Positions 1-7,834 of a DNA stretch of 44,644 bases are shown here, piece after piece. The notes beneath the pieces were generated by a model. It did not search any database. It was not told where the DNA came from and saw only the letters and a list, made by a program, of their open reading frames with translations. This DNA comes from an uncultured Clostridia bacterium (lineage in GTDB: Bacteria; Bacillota; Clostridia; TANB77; CAG-508), in NCBI GenBank assembly GCA_944390295.1, contig CALXPV010000003.1, positions 1 to 44,644 on the forward strand. The letters are read 5' to 3'. Numbering within the stretch: the first letter of the stretch is position 1; every line of letters begins with the position of its first letter. A program made the position numbers and the translations under genes.

Positions 1-204
1 AATAAAAATGGTGAAGAAAAAACATTTACAGGAGTATTAGAAGGATATATATCAGAAAATCCAAGAGGAGATAATGGTTTTGGTTTTGACGAGATATTTG
101 AATTAGAAGATGGAAGAACACTTGCTGAACTAGATTCAGAAGAAAAAAACAGTATAAGTAGTAGAAAAATTGCATTAAAGAAATTAAAAGAATATATTAT
201 ATAA
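1..204 (+). CDS. rdgB: RdgB/HAM1-family non-canonical purine NTP pyrophosphatase, 3' part (5'-truncated by the window)
   Basis: Frame 1 reads ...FTGVLEGYISENPRGDNGFGFDEIF...TLAELDSEEKNSISSRKIAL...*, matching the Ham1 C-terminal GFGxDPIF / T-AE / KN-ISHR motifs; TAA at 202-204. Confidence 0.88.
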   Translation, partial: NKNGEEKTFTGVLEGYISENPRGDNGFGFDEIFELEDGRTLAELDSEEKNSISSRKIALKKLKEYII

Positions 205-227
205 TTTAAAAATCGCTATTTGTGGGG

Positions 228-257
228 TTTACTAATTAAATTTACAGTAACTATAAT
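228..257 (+). promoter_or_regulatory. Putative sigma-A promoter of the XRE-CYTH gene
   Basis: TTTACT(228-233)-18 nt-TATAAT(252-257); AAGGAG RBS upstream of ATG 288; short palindrome TTACAGTAA in the spacer. Confidence 0.5.
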
Positions 258-287
258 TATATTAGAAATCTCAAAAGGAGTGAAAAT

Positions 288-1079
288 ATGAATCAAGAAA
301 AGATAGGAAAATTTATAGGAGAAATAAGAAAAGAGAAAAATTTAAAACAATCTGAACTTGCGGAGAAGCTAGGAGTTACAAGTAAAACTGTATCTAGATG
401 GGAAACAGGAAAATATATGCCGGATTTATCTTTATTTACGGATATATCAAATATATTAGGTGTTACTATAAATGAGCTTTTGCAAGGAGAAAGATTAATT
501 AAAAGGAAAAATAGCGATAGCATAGAAATCGAAATAAAGTTAGAAATTGAAGAAAATCAATATAAAGAACTGTATGACTATTTTAAAAACGAAAGTAGTA
601 AACATATGCATAAAGGACAACACGATATTTATTTTTCACCAGAAAATCCTAAGTTTTTTGGTGGAGATATAGATGATGAATGTATTAGAATAAGAATTCA
701 AAAAGACAAATATATTTTATGTTATAAAAAAATATATATGGGAAATGATGAAGAAGATATACATATTGTGGAACATGAAACAGAAGTATCTAATTTAGAT
801 GCTACAATTAATATTTTAAAAGGTGTTAGAATAAATAAAATTTGTGATTTAATAAAAGAAAGAGATAGTTTTATTTATAAGAATGTATTTGAAATATCTT
901 TAGACAATGTAAAAGATTTAGGGTATTTTATAGAAATTGAAATTTATGATAAAAATATTCCTATAAATGAAGCAAACCAATTATTATTAAATCTTGTAAA
1001 AGAGTTAAATTTAGATATAACAAGAAGAAATCTTAAAGGCTATTCTTATTTAATGTATGATAAATTAAAGGAAAAGTGA
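288..1079 (+). CDS. XRE-family HTH regulator fused to a CYTH (class IV adenylate cyclase / triphosphate tunnel) domain
   Basis: N-term LKQSELAEKLGVTSKTVSRWETGKYMPD (HTH_3). C-term EIEIK (ExExK), QHDIYF, IRIR, EHETEV, KER, SLDNVKDLGYFIEIE and a late Tyr are CYTH hallmarks. Confidence 0.85.
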   Translation: MNQEKIGKFIGEIRKEKNLKQSELAEKLGVTSKTVSRWETGKYMPDLSLFTDISNILGVTINELLQGERLIKRKNSDSIEIEIKLEIEENQYKELYDYFKNESSKHMHKGQHDIYFSPENPKFFGGDIDDECIRIRIQKDKYILCYKKIYMGNDEEDIHIVEHETEVSNLDATINILKGVRINKICDLIKERDSFIYKNVFEISLDNVKDLGYFIEIEIYDKNIPINEANQLLLNLVKELNLDITRRNLKGYSYLMYDKLKEK

Positions 1080-1083
1080 AATT

Positions 1084-1116
1084 AAACCAGATAGTTATTT
1101 AATAATTATCTGGTTT
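1084..1116 (+). terminator. Intrinsic terminator hairpin
   Basis: AAACCAGATAGTTATT-T-AATAATTATCTGGTTT immediately after the stop at 1079, ending in a T run. Confidence 0.75.
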
Positions 1117-1128
1117 TGTAACATTTAC

Positions 1129-1157
1129 TTGGCAAAAAGTATTTCTTGTGATAGTAT
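1129..1157 (+). promoter_or_regulatory. Putative sigma-A promoter of the MFS gene
   Basis: TTGGCA-17 nt-TAGTAT with extended -10 TG. Confidence 0.5.
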
Positions 1158-1188
1158 GAAAAAAACGAATGAAAAAATGGAGTAATAA

Positions 1189-2496
1189 ATGGAAGAAAAA
1201 CAAACTATACAAATGAGAAAACGAAATATGAAGTTATTTCCTATTTGTAAAGCACTAGGATGGGACTATATATTTTTTTATACTACTAATTTCTTATTTT
1301 TAACACAAGTAAAAAATATTGACCCAGCAGATGTTGTACTAATAGATTCTTTTTATGCATTATTTGGAATAGTAATGCAAGTTCCAGCGACTTTTATAAT
1401 CGAATATTTAGGAAGAAGACGAAGTATAATATTAGCCAATTTTCTTAATTGCATGTATATGATAATAATAATGTTCAGTAGAAATTTATTTGATTTAATT
1501 ATTGCAGAGTTGTTATCTGCACTTGCTTTTGCAATAAAAGATTCGGCAGAGCTAGCATTACTAAATGAATCAATTCCAGCTTCTAGGTATAAAGGACAAA
1601 TATTTGCAAAAATAAATGAAAGAGGAATATCAAATTATTATATAATAAATGCAATATCAACTATATTGTCAGGTTTCTTATATGATATGAATCCATATAT
1701 ACCAATAATACTAGCATTAACTACAACATTATTTTTAACAATTTTATCAAGGGGATTTGTTGAACCTCCAATTATCCAAAATAAAAAGAAAAATAAGAAA
1801 GATTTTTCGGAAATAAAAAATTTAAAAGAATCTTTTAAATTTATTTTAAAATCAGAAAGGTTAAAATCGTTAATTTTATTTTCTGCAATAACAGTAGGAG
1901 TTTTTAATGTTTTAACAAACTATGAGATAAGTTTATTAGAAAATCTAGATATAGATGCTAAATATTTAGGAATAATATTTGCAGTTCTTGGAATAATTTC
2001 AGGAATAGTAACTAAAAAACAAGAAGCATTTCATAATAAACATAGGAATAAAACATTGTGTTTAATACTAGGAGGTTTAGGAATTTCTATTATAATTTCT
2101 GGAATAGCAGCAATAATAGCTACAAAATATAGAATATTTATTATTTTTATCATAATTTCATATGTAATTAAATATGCATATAAAGGTATATATAATCCAC
2201 TTATGGATAAATATTTAAGGAACTTTTCAAATGAAGAAATTGATACTAAAATATTTACTGCTAAAAATTTCTTTGGAAGTATTTTTAGTGTAATTATAGG
2301 AGTATTTGCTTCATTTATATTAGAAAGAATGGATATTGCAATTTGTATGACTTTAATTGGAATAATTACTGTAATATTAACAATTATAATGGATAAATAT
2401 ATGAAAACGAGAGTAGGTCTAAAACCAGAGGAATATTCAAAAGAAGAAAGAAAGTATGACGAATTAAATCAAAAGACAGAAATGGGTGCGAAATAA
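1189..2496 (+). CDS. MFS transporter
   Basis: About 12 hydrophobic segments; motif-A-like QVPATFIIEYLGRRRSII; hydrophilic central loop. Confidence 0.85.
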   Translation: MEEKQTIQMRKRNMKLFPICKALGWDYIFFYTTNFLFLTQVKNIDPADVVLIDSFYALFGIVMQVPATFIIEYLGRRRSIILANFLNCMYMIIIMFSRNLFDLIIAELLSALAFAIKDSAELALLNESIPASRYKGQIFAKINERGISNYYIINAISTILSGFLYDMNPYIPIILALTTTLFLTILSRGFVEPPIIQNKKKNKKDFSEIKNLKESFKFILKSERLKSLILFSAITVGVFNVLTNYEISLLENLDIDAKYLGIIFAVLGIISGIVTKKQEAFHNKHRNKTLCLILGGLGISIIISGIAAIIATKYRIFIIFIIISYVIKYAYKGIYNPLMDKYLRNFSNEEIDTKIFTAKNFFGSIFSVIIGVFASFILERMDIAICMTLIGIITVILTIIMDKYMKTRVGLKPEEYSKEERKYDELNQKTEMGAK

Positions 2497-2507
2497 TCGC
2501 ACCTTTT
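2485..2507 (+). terminator. Intrinsic terminator overlapping the MFS stop codon
   Basis: GGTGCGA-AATAA-TCGCACC-TTTT. Confidence 0.7.
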
Positions 2508-2587
2508 ACATATTTACATTGTATAAACCTATACAAATACTGACAATTGTGTTATTATAATTAAACTAGAAAAAGGGGTAATAAAAA

Positions 2588-3265
2588 ATGAAAGATAAAA
2601 CGAAGTACTTAATATTGGATTTTGGTTTGGTTTTAGGTAAGCCTAAAACAGGAAATTGGTTTATAACACCAAATTTTTATGAAATAATCGGAAAAAATAA
2701 AATAGACTTAAAAAGATTAAATGTTTTATTTAATAAGTATAATGAAAATATTTCTAAAAAGATAATTACAAAAGAAGAGGAATATAAAGCATTTAAAGAA
2801 TTTTATTTAAATATATTAAATGAACTAAAAATAGTAAAAAATGAAGAAGAAACTGCCGAAAAATTAGCAGAAGATTTTGTGTATAATGAAGATAAATATA
2901 TTATGTATGACGACGTATATGAATTCTTAGAAAAACAAAGTCAAAAATATATTTTAATATTGTTGTCTGATAACTGGCCTTGTGTGTATGCAATATTAAA
3001 GAACTGGGGAATAGACAAATTTTTTACAAAAATATATATTTCTTCAGAATATCCAGCATTAAAAAAAGATGGGTTGCTATTTGATTATGCAATGAATGAG
3101 TTTAAAATAAAAAAAGATGAAGCGATATTTATAGATGATAATCCGGAATTATTAGAAGTTGCAGATAAAAAGAAACTAATTCCAGTTTTAATGGATAGAA
3201 CTAATTTACATAAAGATTATAGCAAATATAAAAGAATACAAAATCTAGAGGAGATTAAAATATGA
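2588..3265 (+). CDS. HAD-superfamily hydrolase (HAD-IA-like)
   Basis: Motif I ILDFGLVL, motif II LLSDNW, Lys of motif III (KKDG), motif IV FIDD. Confidence 0.8.
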   Translation: MKDKTKYLILDFGLVLGKPKTGNWFITPNFYEIIGKNKIDLKRLNVLFNKYNENISKKIITKEEEYKAFKEFYLNILNELKIVKNEEETAEKLAEDFVYNEDKYIMYDDVYEFLEKQSQKYILILLSDNWPCVYAILKNWGIDKFFTKIYISSEYPALKKDGLLFDYAMNEFKIKKDEAIFIDDNPELLEVADKKKLIPVLMDRTNLHKDYSKYKRIQNLEEIKI

Positions 3266-3798
3266 AAACATTAATTTTAAATGGTTCACCACATAAAAAT
3301 GGTGATACATCATATATAGTAAATGAATTAAAGAAAAAGCTAGATGGAGAAGTAGAAGAAATATTTTTATATGATGCCAAAATAAGTCCTTGTATAGATT
3401 GTAGATATTGCTGGAAAAATAAAGGATGCAGTATAAAAGACGATATGGAGAAAATAAATAGTGATGATTATGATGTAATAATAATAGCATCACCTATATA
3501 TTTTTATAATGTAACACCACCAATGTTTTCTTTACTTACAAGACTAAACTATATCTGGAGTAATAAACACTTTTTAGATATAACACATATATTTAAGAAA
3601 AAAAGAGGAATTTTAATATTAACAGGTGGAGGTGGTGGTGAACCTAAACATGCTCTAGATACTGTAAATCTAATCTTTAAATATTTAAATGCTGAATTTG
3701 ATATAGAAAAAGATTATATATATTCTTTAAATACAGATAATGTTTCAGCAAAAGATGATATGAATTTAAATAAAATGTTAGAAAAAATTGACCTTTAG
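3262..3798 (+). CDS. Flavodoxin-like NADPH-dependent FMN reductase / iron-sulfur flavoprotein family
   Basis: LNGSPHKNGDT, CIDCRYCW...C cysteine motif, IASPIYFY; ATGA overlap with the HAD gene. Confidence 0.88.
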   Translation: MKTLILNGSPHKNGDTSYIVNELKKKLDGEVEEIFLYDAKISPCIDCRYCWKNKGCSIKDDMEKINSDDYDVIIIASPIYFYNVTPPMFSLLTRLNYIWSNKHFLDITHIFKKKRGILILTGGGGGEPKHALDTVNLIFKYLNAEFDIEKDYIYSLNTDNVSAKDDMNLNKMLEKIDL

Positions 3799-3822
3799 AA
3801 AATAATCTAAAGGTCAATTTTT
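3783..3822 (+). terminator. Intrinsic terminator hairpin, abutting the dxr -35 box
   Basis: Perfect 17-bp inverted repeat AAAAATTGACCTTTAGA / TCTAAAGGTCAATTTTT. Confidence 0.75.
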
Positions 3823-3849
3823 GACAATAGATAAAAAAGATAGTATAGT
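3821..3849 (+). promoter_or_regulatory. Sigma-A promoter of dxr
   Basis: TTGACA(3821-3826)-17 nt-TATAGT(3844-3849); AGGAGG RBS before ATG 3888. Confidence 0.7.
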
Positions 3850-3887
3850 AGGGAAGATAGCAATATAGAAAAAAGGAGGAATTTAAG

Positions 3888-5021
3888 ATGAAAAGAGTTG
3901 CTATATTTGGGTCAACAGGTAGTATTGGAACAACTACACTTCGGATAATTAGAGAAAATCCGAAGTTGTTTTCCGCAGTTACATTGGTTGCCGGTAAGAA
4001 TGTGGATCTTTTAATCGAACAGATTAAAGAGTTTCATCCGAGGCATGTTTATATTCAAAGTGTAAGTCATGCTAAAAAATTAGAGAAAATGTTCCCTAAA
4101 CTTGATGTGTATACAGGAGACTGGGGAATAGAAATGATTTCAAAACTTGAAGATGCAGACATTGCCGTATCTGCACTTGTGGGAATTGCTGGTTTAAAAC
4201 CAACCTACAATTTGCTCAAACACTGTAAAGAAGTTGCCCTTGCAAATAAGGAAGTTCTTGTCACTGGAGGAGAGCTGATTATGAAAAGGGCAAGACAGTA
4301 TGGAACAAAGTTACGTACTGTAGATAGTGAGCACAGCGCTATTATGCAGTGCCTAAGAGGAGAAAAGGAAAATGAGATTTCCAAAATTCTACTTACGGCA
4401 TCGGGTGGACCGTTTTTTGACAAGGAGATTACAGATGCTATCACACCAAAAGAAGCACTAAATCATCCGACATGGAAAATGGGACCAAAAGTTACAATAG
4501 ATTCAGCGACAATGATGAATAAGGGATTTGAAGTCATTGAGGCACATTGGCTTTTCGGAGTACCAGAGTCTAAAATTCAGGTTGTTGTTCACAGACAGAG
4601 CCTGGTTCATTCTATGGTCCAGTTTAAAGACGGAACTATTATGGCAAATATTGGACCTAAAGATATGCAAATTCCTATTGCATATGCATTAAATTATCCA
4701 ACAAGGCTGGAAAACAATATTGAACCATTAGATTTGTTTGAAGTGGGAACTTTAAAATTTGAAGAACCAGACTTAGACAAATTCGAATGCTTGAAGCTTG
4801 CATATAAAGCAATAAGTATGGGACATAGTGCTCAAGTTGTTTTAAATGCGGCAGACGAGATTGCTGTTCAGGCTTTTTTAGAAGGAGCAATTAATTTTAC
4901 GCAAATTCCTAAGATGATTGATTGGGCGCTTTCCAATCATATCATAAGAAAGCTTTATACTGTAAATGAGATATTAGACTTAGATCGTACAGTAAGAGCT
5001 GAATGCTTAAGACGAATTTAA
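3888..5021 (+). CDS. dxr: 1-deoxy-D-xylulose-5-phosphate reductoisomerase
   Basis: GSTGSIG, LANKE, VDSEHSA, TASGGPF, HPTWKMGPKVTIDSATMMNKGFEVIEA. Confidence 0.97.
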   Translation: MKRVAIFGSTGSIGTTTLRIIRENPKLFSAVTLVAGKNVDLLIEQIKEFHPRHVYIQSVSHAKKLEKMFPKLDVYTGDWGIEMISKLEDADIAVSALVGIAGLKPTYNLLKHCKEVALANKEVLVTGGELIMKRARQYGTKLRTVDSEHSAIMQCLRGEKENEISKILLTASGGPFFDKEITDAITPKEALNHPTWKMGPKVTIDSATMMNKGFEVIEAHWLFGVPESKIQVVVHRQSLVHSMVQFKDGTIMANIGPKDMQIPIAYALNYPTRLENNIEPLDLFEVGTLKFEEPDLDKFECLKLAYKAISMGHSAQVVLNAADEIAVQAFLEGAINFTQIPKMIDWALSNHIIRKLYTVNEILDLDRTVRAECLRRI

Positions 5022-5030
5022 GAAAAAAAT

Positions 5031-5077
5031 AAGAGTGTCCCTTTTGTTAGTGATTTTGAACAAAGGGGGCACTCTTT
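5031..5077. terminator. Probable bidirectional terminator between convergent dxr and the 295-aa gene
   Basis: AAGAGTGTCCCTTTTGTT ... AACAAAGGGGGCACTCTT (18-bp stem with two G.U pairs), A run on the left, T run on the right. Confidence 0.75.
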
Positions 5078-5099
5078 AAATATTACTAAAAGAAAAAAT

Positions 5100-5987
5100 T
5101 TAAATTATGTTTTCTTTTGGATATCCCTCAAAACAGTCTGTTTTATTATAGAAATCGGGATAAAAATCTCTTAAATAAACTGCTACTATGCAGTATGCCA
5201 TAAATAAATCATATGAATTTGGACTTTTGGCTAATAAAATAAATTGAATAAATACAGATAATTTTTTCTCGATAATAGAATTTATCTTGCGAAATATATC
5301 AGTTTTTTTATTAATAAATAAACAAAAACCATGTATTATACAGGATAATGTCAAATATAATATTGGCAATATAATTTGCATTATAGAATCTGTGGAAATC
5401 AACAGTATTCCTGCTGGTAGTGAAAAGGATATTATCGCCATAATCTCAGTCATAAAAAAATCTGTACAAAACAAATTTGAAATACCAAAATATCTTGATG
5501 AATTTTTTATACCTTCAAGATTTTCTGGCAGTTTTTGATTTTTATTTACATAATTAATAACTTTATTCATTGCTGTAAATTTACTTTTTCTTTTTTCTGT
5601 AAGAAATAGCTTACACGCAACAATATAAAGAACTATTAAAGCAACTGCCAGAGCAAGAAATAACATAAGTGGTAATAATACTAATAAATTAATAAAAATA
5701 CTAATAGATAGTATTAAATAACCACAACTCACAGCAAAAATTAATGGCAACAAAAGTTTAAATAAAACAGAAGGTTGTTTTTTTATTGTTTGTTTCATCA
5801 ATTTAAAAAGACCTTCTTCTTTCTGATTTTTTTGTGACTGCTTGACATATTCTATACCAAAAGAATTGTCCGTTTTTTCATAAATAGTTAATGTTGTACT
5901 TCCCAAGAGCAAGTTTATGCCATCATCAAAGCAAGTAAATTCGGGAAATTTGATTTTACTGTTTCTTACATTAGTCCGTTTTTTCAT
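5100..5987 (-). CDS. Hypothetical membrane protein, possibly a divergent DUF1385 (YqhQ)-like protein
   Basis: GGAGG RBS on the minus strand; two pairs of TM helices flanking a loop (AMNKVINY...IKNSSRY) and a C-terminal KSP..LFMA that echo DUF1385 architecture. Confidence 0.6.
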   Translation of the reverse strand: MKKRTNVRNSKIKFPEFTCFDDGINLLLGSTTLTIYEKTDNSFGIEYVKQSQKNQKEEGLFKLMKQTIKKQPSVLFKLLLPLIFAVSCGYLILSISIFINLLVLLPLMLFLALAVALIVLYIVACKLFLTEKRKSKFTAMNKVINYVNKNQKLPENLEGIKNSSRYFGISNLFCTDFFMTEIMAIISFSLPAGILLISTDSIMQIILPILYLTLSCIIHGFCLFINKKTDIFRKINSIIEKKLSVFIQFILLAKSPNSYDLFMAYCIVAVYLRDFYPDFYNKTDCFEGYPKENII

Positions 5988-6084
5988 AATGATACCTCCA
6001 TTAAAAGATTTTTTTATAATAGTTTTTATAGATATAGATTATAATATGGAGTATATACTTTTTCAAGAAATATTCTAGTAAAAT

Positions 6085-6113
6085 TTGATTTCTATACACA
6101 GAAATGATAATAT
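6085..6113 (+). promoter_or_regulatory. Putative sigma-A promoter for the 49-aa ORF
   Basis: TTGATT-17 nt-TAATAT with extended -10 TG; implies a ~90-nt leader. Confidence 0.45.
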
Positions 6114-6211
6114 AAGAAAAATTTTGTTTTAAAATTCCTGCTCAAAGTTAAGAGTAGTTTTTATAAATAATAACTTATTAACGATAAAAGCCAATTGGCA
6201 AGGAGGATTGT

Positions 6212-6361
6212 ATGAACAAAATTATTGTAAAAGTAGTTGCGTTGATATGTGTGACAGTGTTAGCAGGACTTATAGCATGTTTTTGCAAGGAATATCTTTT
6301 ATTTGGTTTTATTTTAGAAACAATTGTATTATATTACTGTCTTCACGATATTAACAAATAA
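6212..6361 (+). CDS. Small hydrophobic membrane peptide (49 aa), not in the ORF track
   Basis: AAGGAGG RBS at 6200-6206, ATG 6212; MNKIIVKVVALICVTVLAGLIACFCKEYLLFGFILETIVLYYCLHDINK*. Confidence 0.65.
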   Translation: MNKIIVKVVALICVTVLAGLIACFCKEYLLFGFILETIVLYYCLHDINK

Positions 6362-6369
6362 ACGGGGAA

Positions 6370-6392
6370 GAGGTCGCTAGGTTAGCGACCTC
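6370..6392. repeat. Palindrome / hairpin GAGGTCGCTA-GGT-TAGCGACCTC
   Basis: Perfect 10-bp inverted repeat; shares outer arms GAGGT..ACCTCAA with the hairpin at 7835-7859. Confidence 0.8.
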
Positions 6393-6401
6393 AAAAATAT
6401 T

Positions 6402-6482
6402 TTATAACTCAATCTTAGGCTCATACTTCTTAAGCCACATATTAACCTGGCAAAGGTGAGCCATAAGCTAAGGACCTGTTAT
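6402..6482 (-). pseudogene. Displaced, diverged duplicate of the asnB 3' end (att-like direct repeat of 7878-7958)
   Basis: 70/81 nt identical to 7878-7958 (46/48 over the stop-proximal part); reads ITGP*LMAHLCQVNMWLKKYEPKIEL* versus MTGPQLMAYLCQVNMWLEKYEPKIEI*. Confidence 0.9.
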
Positions 6483-6607
6483 TGGATGTCAGAAATTAAC
6501 ACGAGGTTATATCATTAGAGCGAGTAAGAAAATTCAAAAAGTATAAACATTTTATAAAAATTAATATATTTATTGTGATTACCTAAAATAAATTATAAAA
6601 GGGAGAA

Positions 6608-6766
6608 ATGATGATAAGTAAAAATAACGAAAATGAAGATATAAAAAAGAAATTAAAAGATAATTATAAAGTTATTCGTACATTTAATAAGAATGGACCA
6701 GCTTTCCAAGAAGTTATGGAAAAAATCCTTATTATGAAATTAAATGATTTAGATAAAAATAAATAA
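6608..6766 (+). CDS. Small hypothetical protein (52 aa), not in the ORF track
   Basis: AAGGGAG RBS just upstream; MMISKNNENEDIKKKLKDNYKVIRTFNKNGPAFQEVMEKILIMKLNDLDKNK*; start could be 6608 or 6611. Confidence 0.6.
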   Translation: MMISKNNENEDIKKKLKDNYKVIRTFNKNGPAFQEVMEKILIMKLNDLDKNK

Positions 6767-6777
6767 TAGAAAAAAAC

Positions 6778-6806
6778 TTGACAAATACAAACATATGTTT
6801 TATTAT
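6778..6806 (+). promoter_or_regulatory. Sigma-A promoter of dinD with a LexA-box-like palindrome in the spacer
   Basis: TTGACA(6778-6783)-17 nt-TATTAT(6801-6806); AAACATATGTTT at 6789-6800 resembles Firmicute GAAC-N4-GTTY. Confidence 0.7.
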
Positions 6807-6905
6807 GTGCAATACAGTATATCATAGAAATTATAAAAAATACGAACTATAAAATAAAGAAATAAGTCATACTAACATGTTATTATAAGTAAATTTTGCG
6901 AGGAA

Positions 6906-7778
6906 GTGGTAATTATGGAATTTGAAAAATCTAAGTTGATAGAATTAAAAGAAAAATTTGATTCTATTATCAATACAGAAGAAAAAGAAAATATAGAGTT
7001 TTGGTATGCAAGAGATTTACAGATTCAATTGGGTTATAAAAGATGGGAAAATTTTATTGAAACAATAAAAAAAGCAATGCAATCTTGTGAAAATGTTGGT
7101 ATACCTGTAGAAAATCATTTTCGTGAGGTCACGAAAATGATAAATTTAGCAAAAGGTGCAAAGAGACCAATACAAGACTATATGTTAACGAGATATGCTT
7201 GTTATTTAATTGCTCAAAATGGAGATTCAAAAAAAGAGGAGATTGCATTTGCTCAAACATATTTTGCAGTACAAACTAGAAAACAAGAAATAATTGAGGA
7301 CAGAATAAAATTAATGAATCGATTAGAAGCAAGAGAAAAACTAAAAGAATCTGAAAAGCAGTTATCTAAAAATATTTATGAGAGAGGAGTAGATGATTTA
7401 GGATTTGCAAGAATACGTTCAAAAGGAGATTCGGCATTATTTGGTGGATTAAATACAATGCAAATGAAAGCAAAATATGGAATAAAAGAAAATAGACCTC
7501 TTGCAGATTTTTTACCAACATTAACAATTGCAGCAAAAAATCTGGCAACAGAAATGACGAATTATAACGTAACTGAAAAAGATATGTATGGTGAAGAAAG
7601 TATAGCTGATGAGCATGTGGATAACAACTTAAGTGTAAGAAATATGTTAAATAAAAGAGGTATAAAACCAGAAAATTTAAAACCAGCAGAAGATTTAAAA
7701 AAATTAGAAAGAAGAGTTAAGTCAGAAAGTAAGAAAATAGCTGATAGTAATAAATTGCCTAAAAATGAAGAAAATTAA
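6906..7778 (+). CDS. dinD: DNA damage-inducible protein D (Bro-N-like N-terminus)
   Basis: FWYARDLQ..LGY..WENF, HF.EV.KM, LTRYACYLIAQNGD..K.EIAFAQTYFAVQTR, IRSKGD.ALFGG, RPLADFLPT; true start may be ATG 6915. Confidence 0.92.
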   Translation: MVIMEFEKSKLIELKEKFDSIINTEEKENIEFWYARDLQIQLGYKRWENFIETIKKAMQSCENVGIPVENHFREVTKMINLAKGAKRPIQDYMLTRYACYLIAQNGDSKKEEIAFAQTYFAVQTRKQEIIEDRIKLMNRLEAREKLKESEKQLSKNIYERGVDDLGFARIRSKGDSALFGGLNTMQMKAKYGIKENRPLADFLPTLTIAAKNLATEMTNYNVTEKDMYGEESIADEHVDNNLSVRNMLNKRGIKPENLKPAEDLKKLERRVKSESKKIADSNKLPKNEEN

Positions 7779-7834
7779 ATTGAAACATTTACTAAAATAT
7801 AGGCACTTGAAAGACAAGGTGTTAATATAGCAGA

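Noticed and set aside
6114-6211. Known riboswitch in the leader of the 49-aa ORF
   Set aside because: No recognisable consensus (c-di-GMP, SAM, TPP, purine, fluoride); only generic hairpins.
6402-6482. Assembly artefact or DGR template/variable repeat as explanation of the asnB duplicate
   Set aside because: An artefact would be near-identical. The mismatches are not confined to adenine positions on one strand and no reverse transcriptase is present.
6483-6600. Recombinase gene remnant at the island edge
   Set aside because: The short frames checked on the + strand gave no recognisable tyrosine- or serine-recombinase motif.
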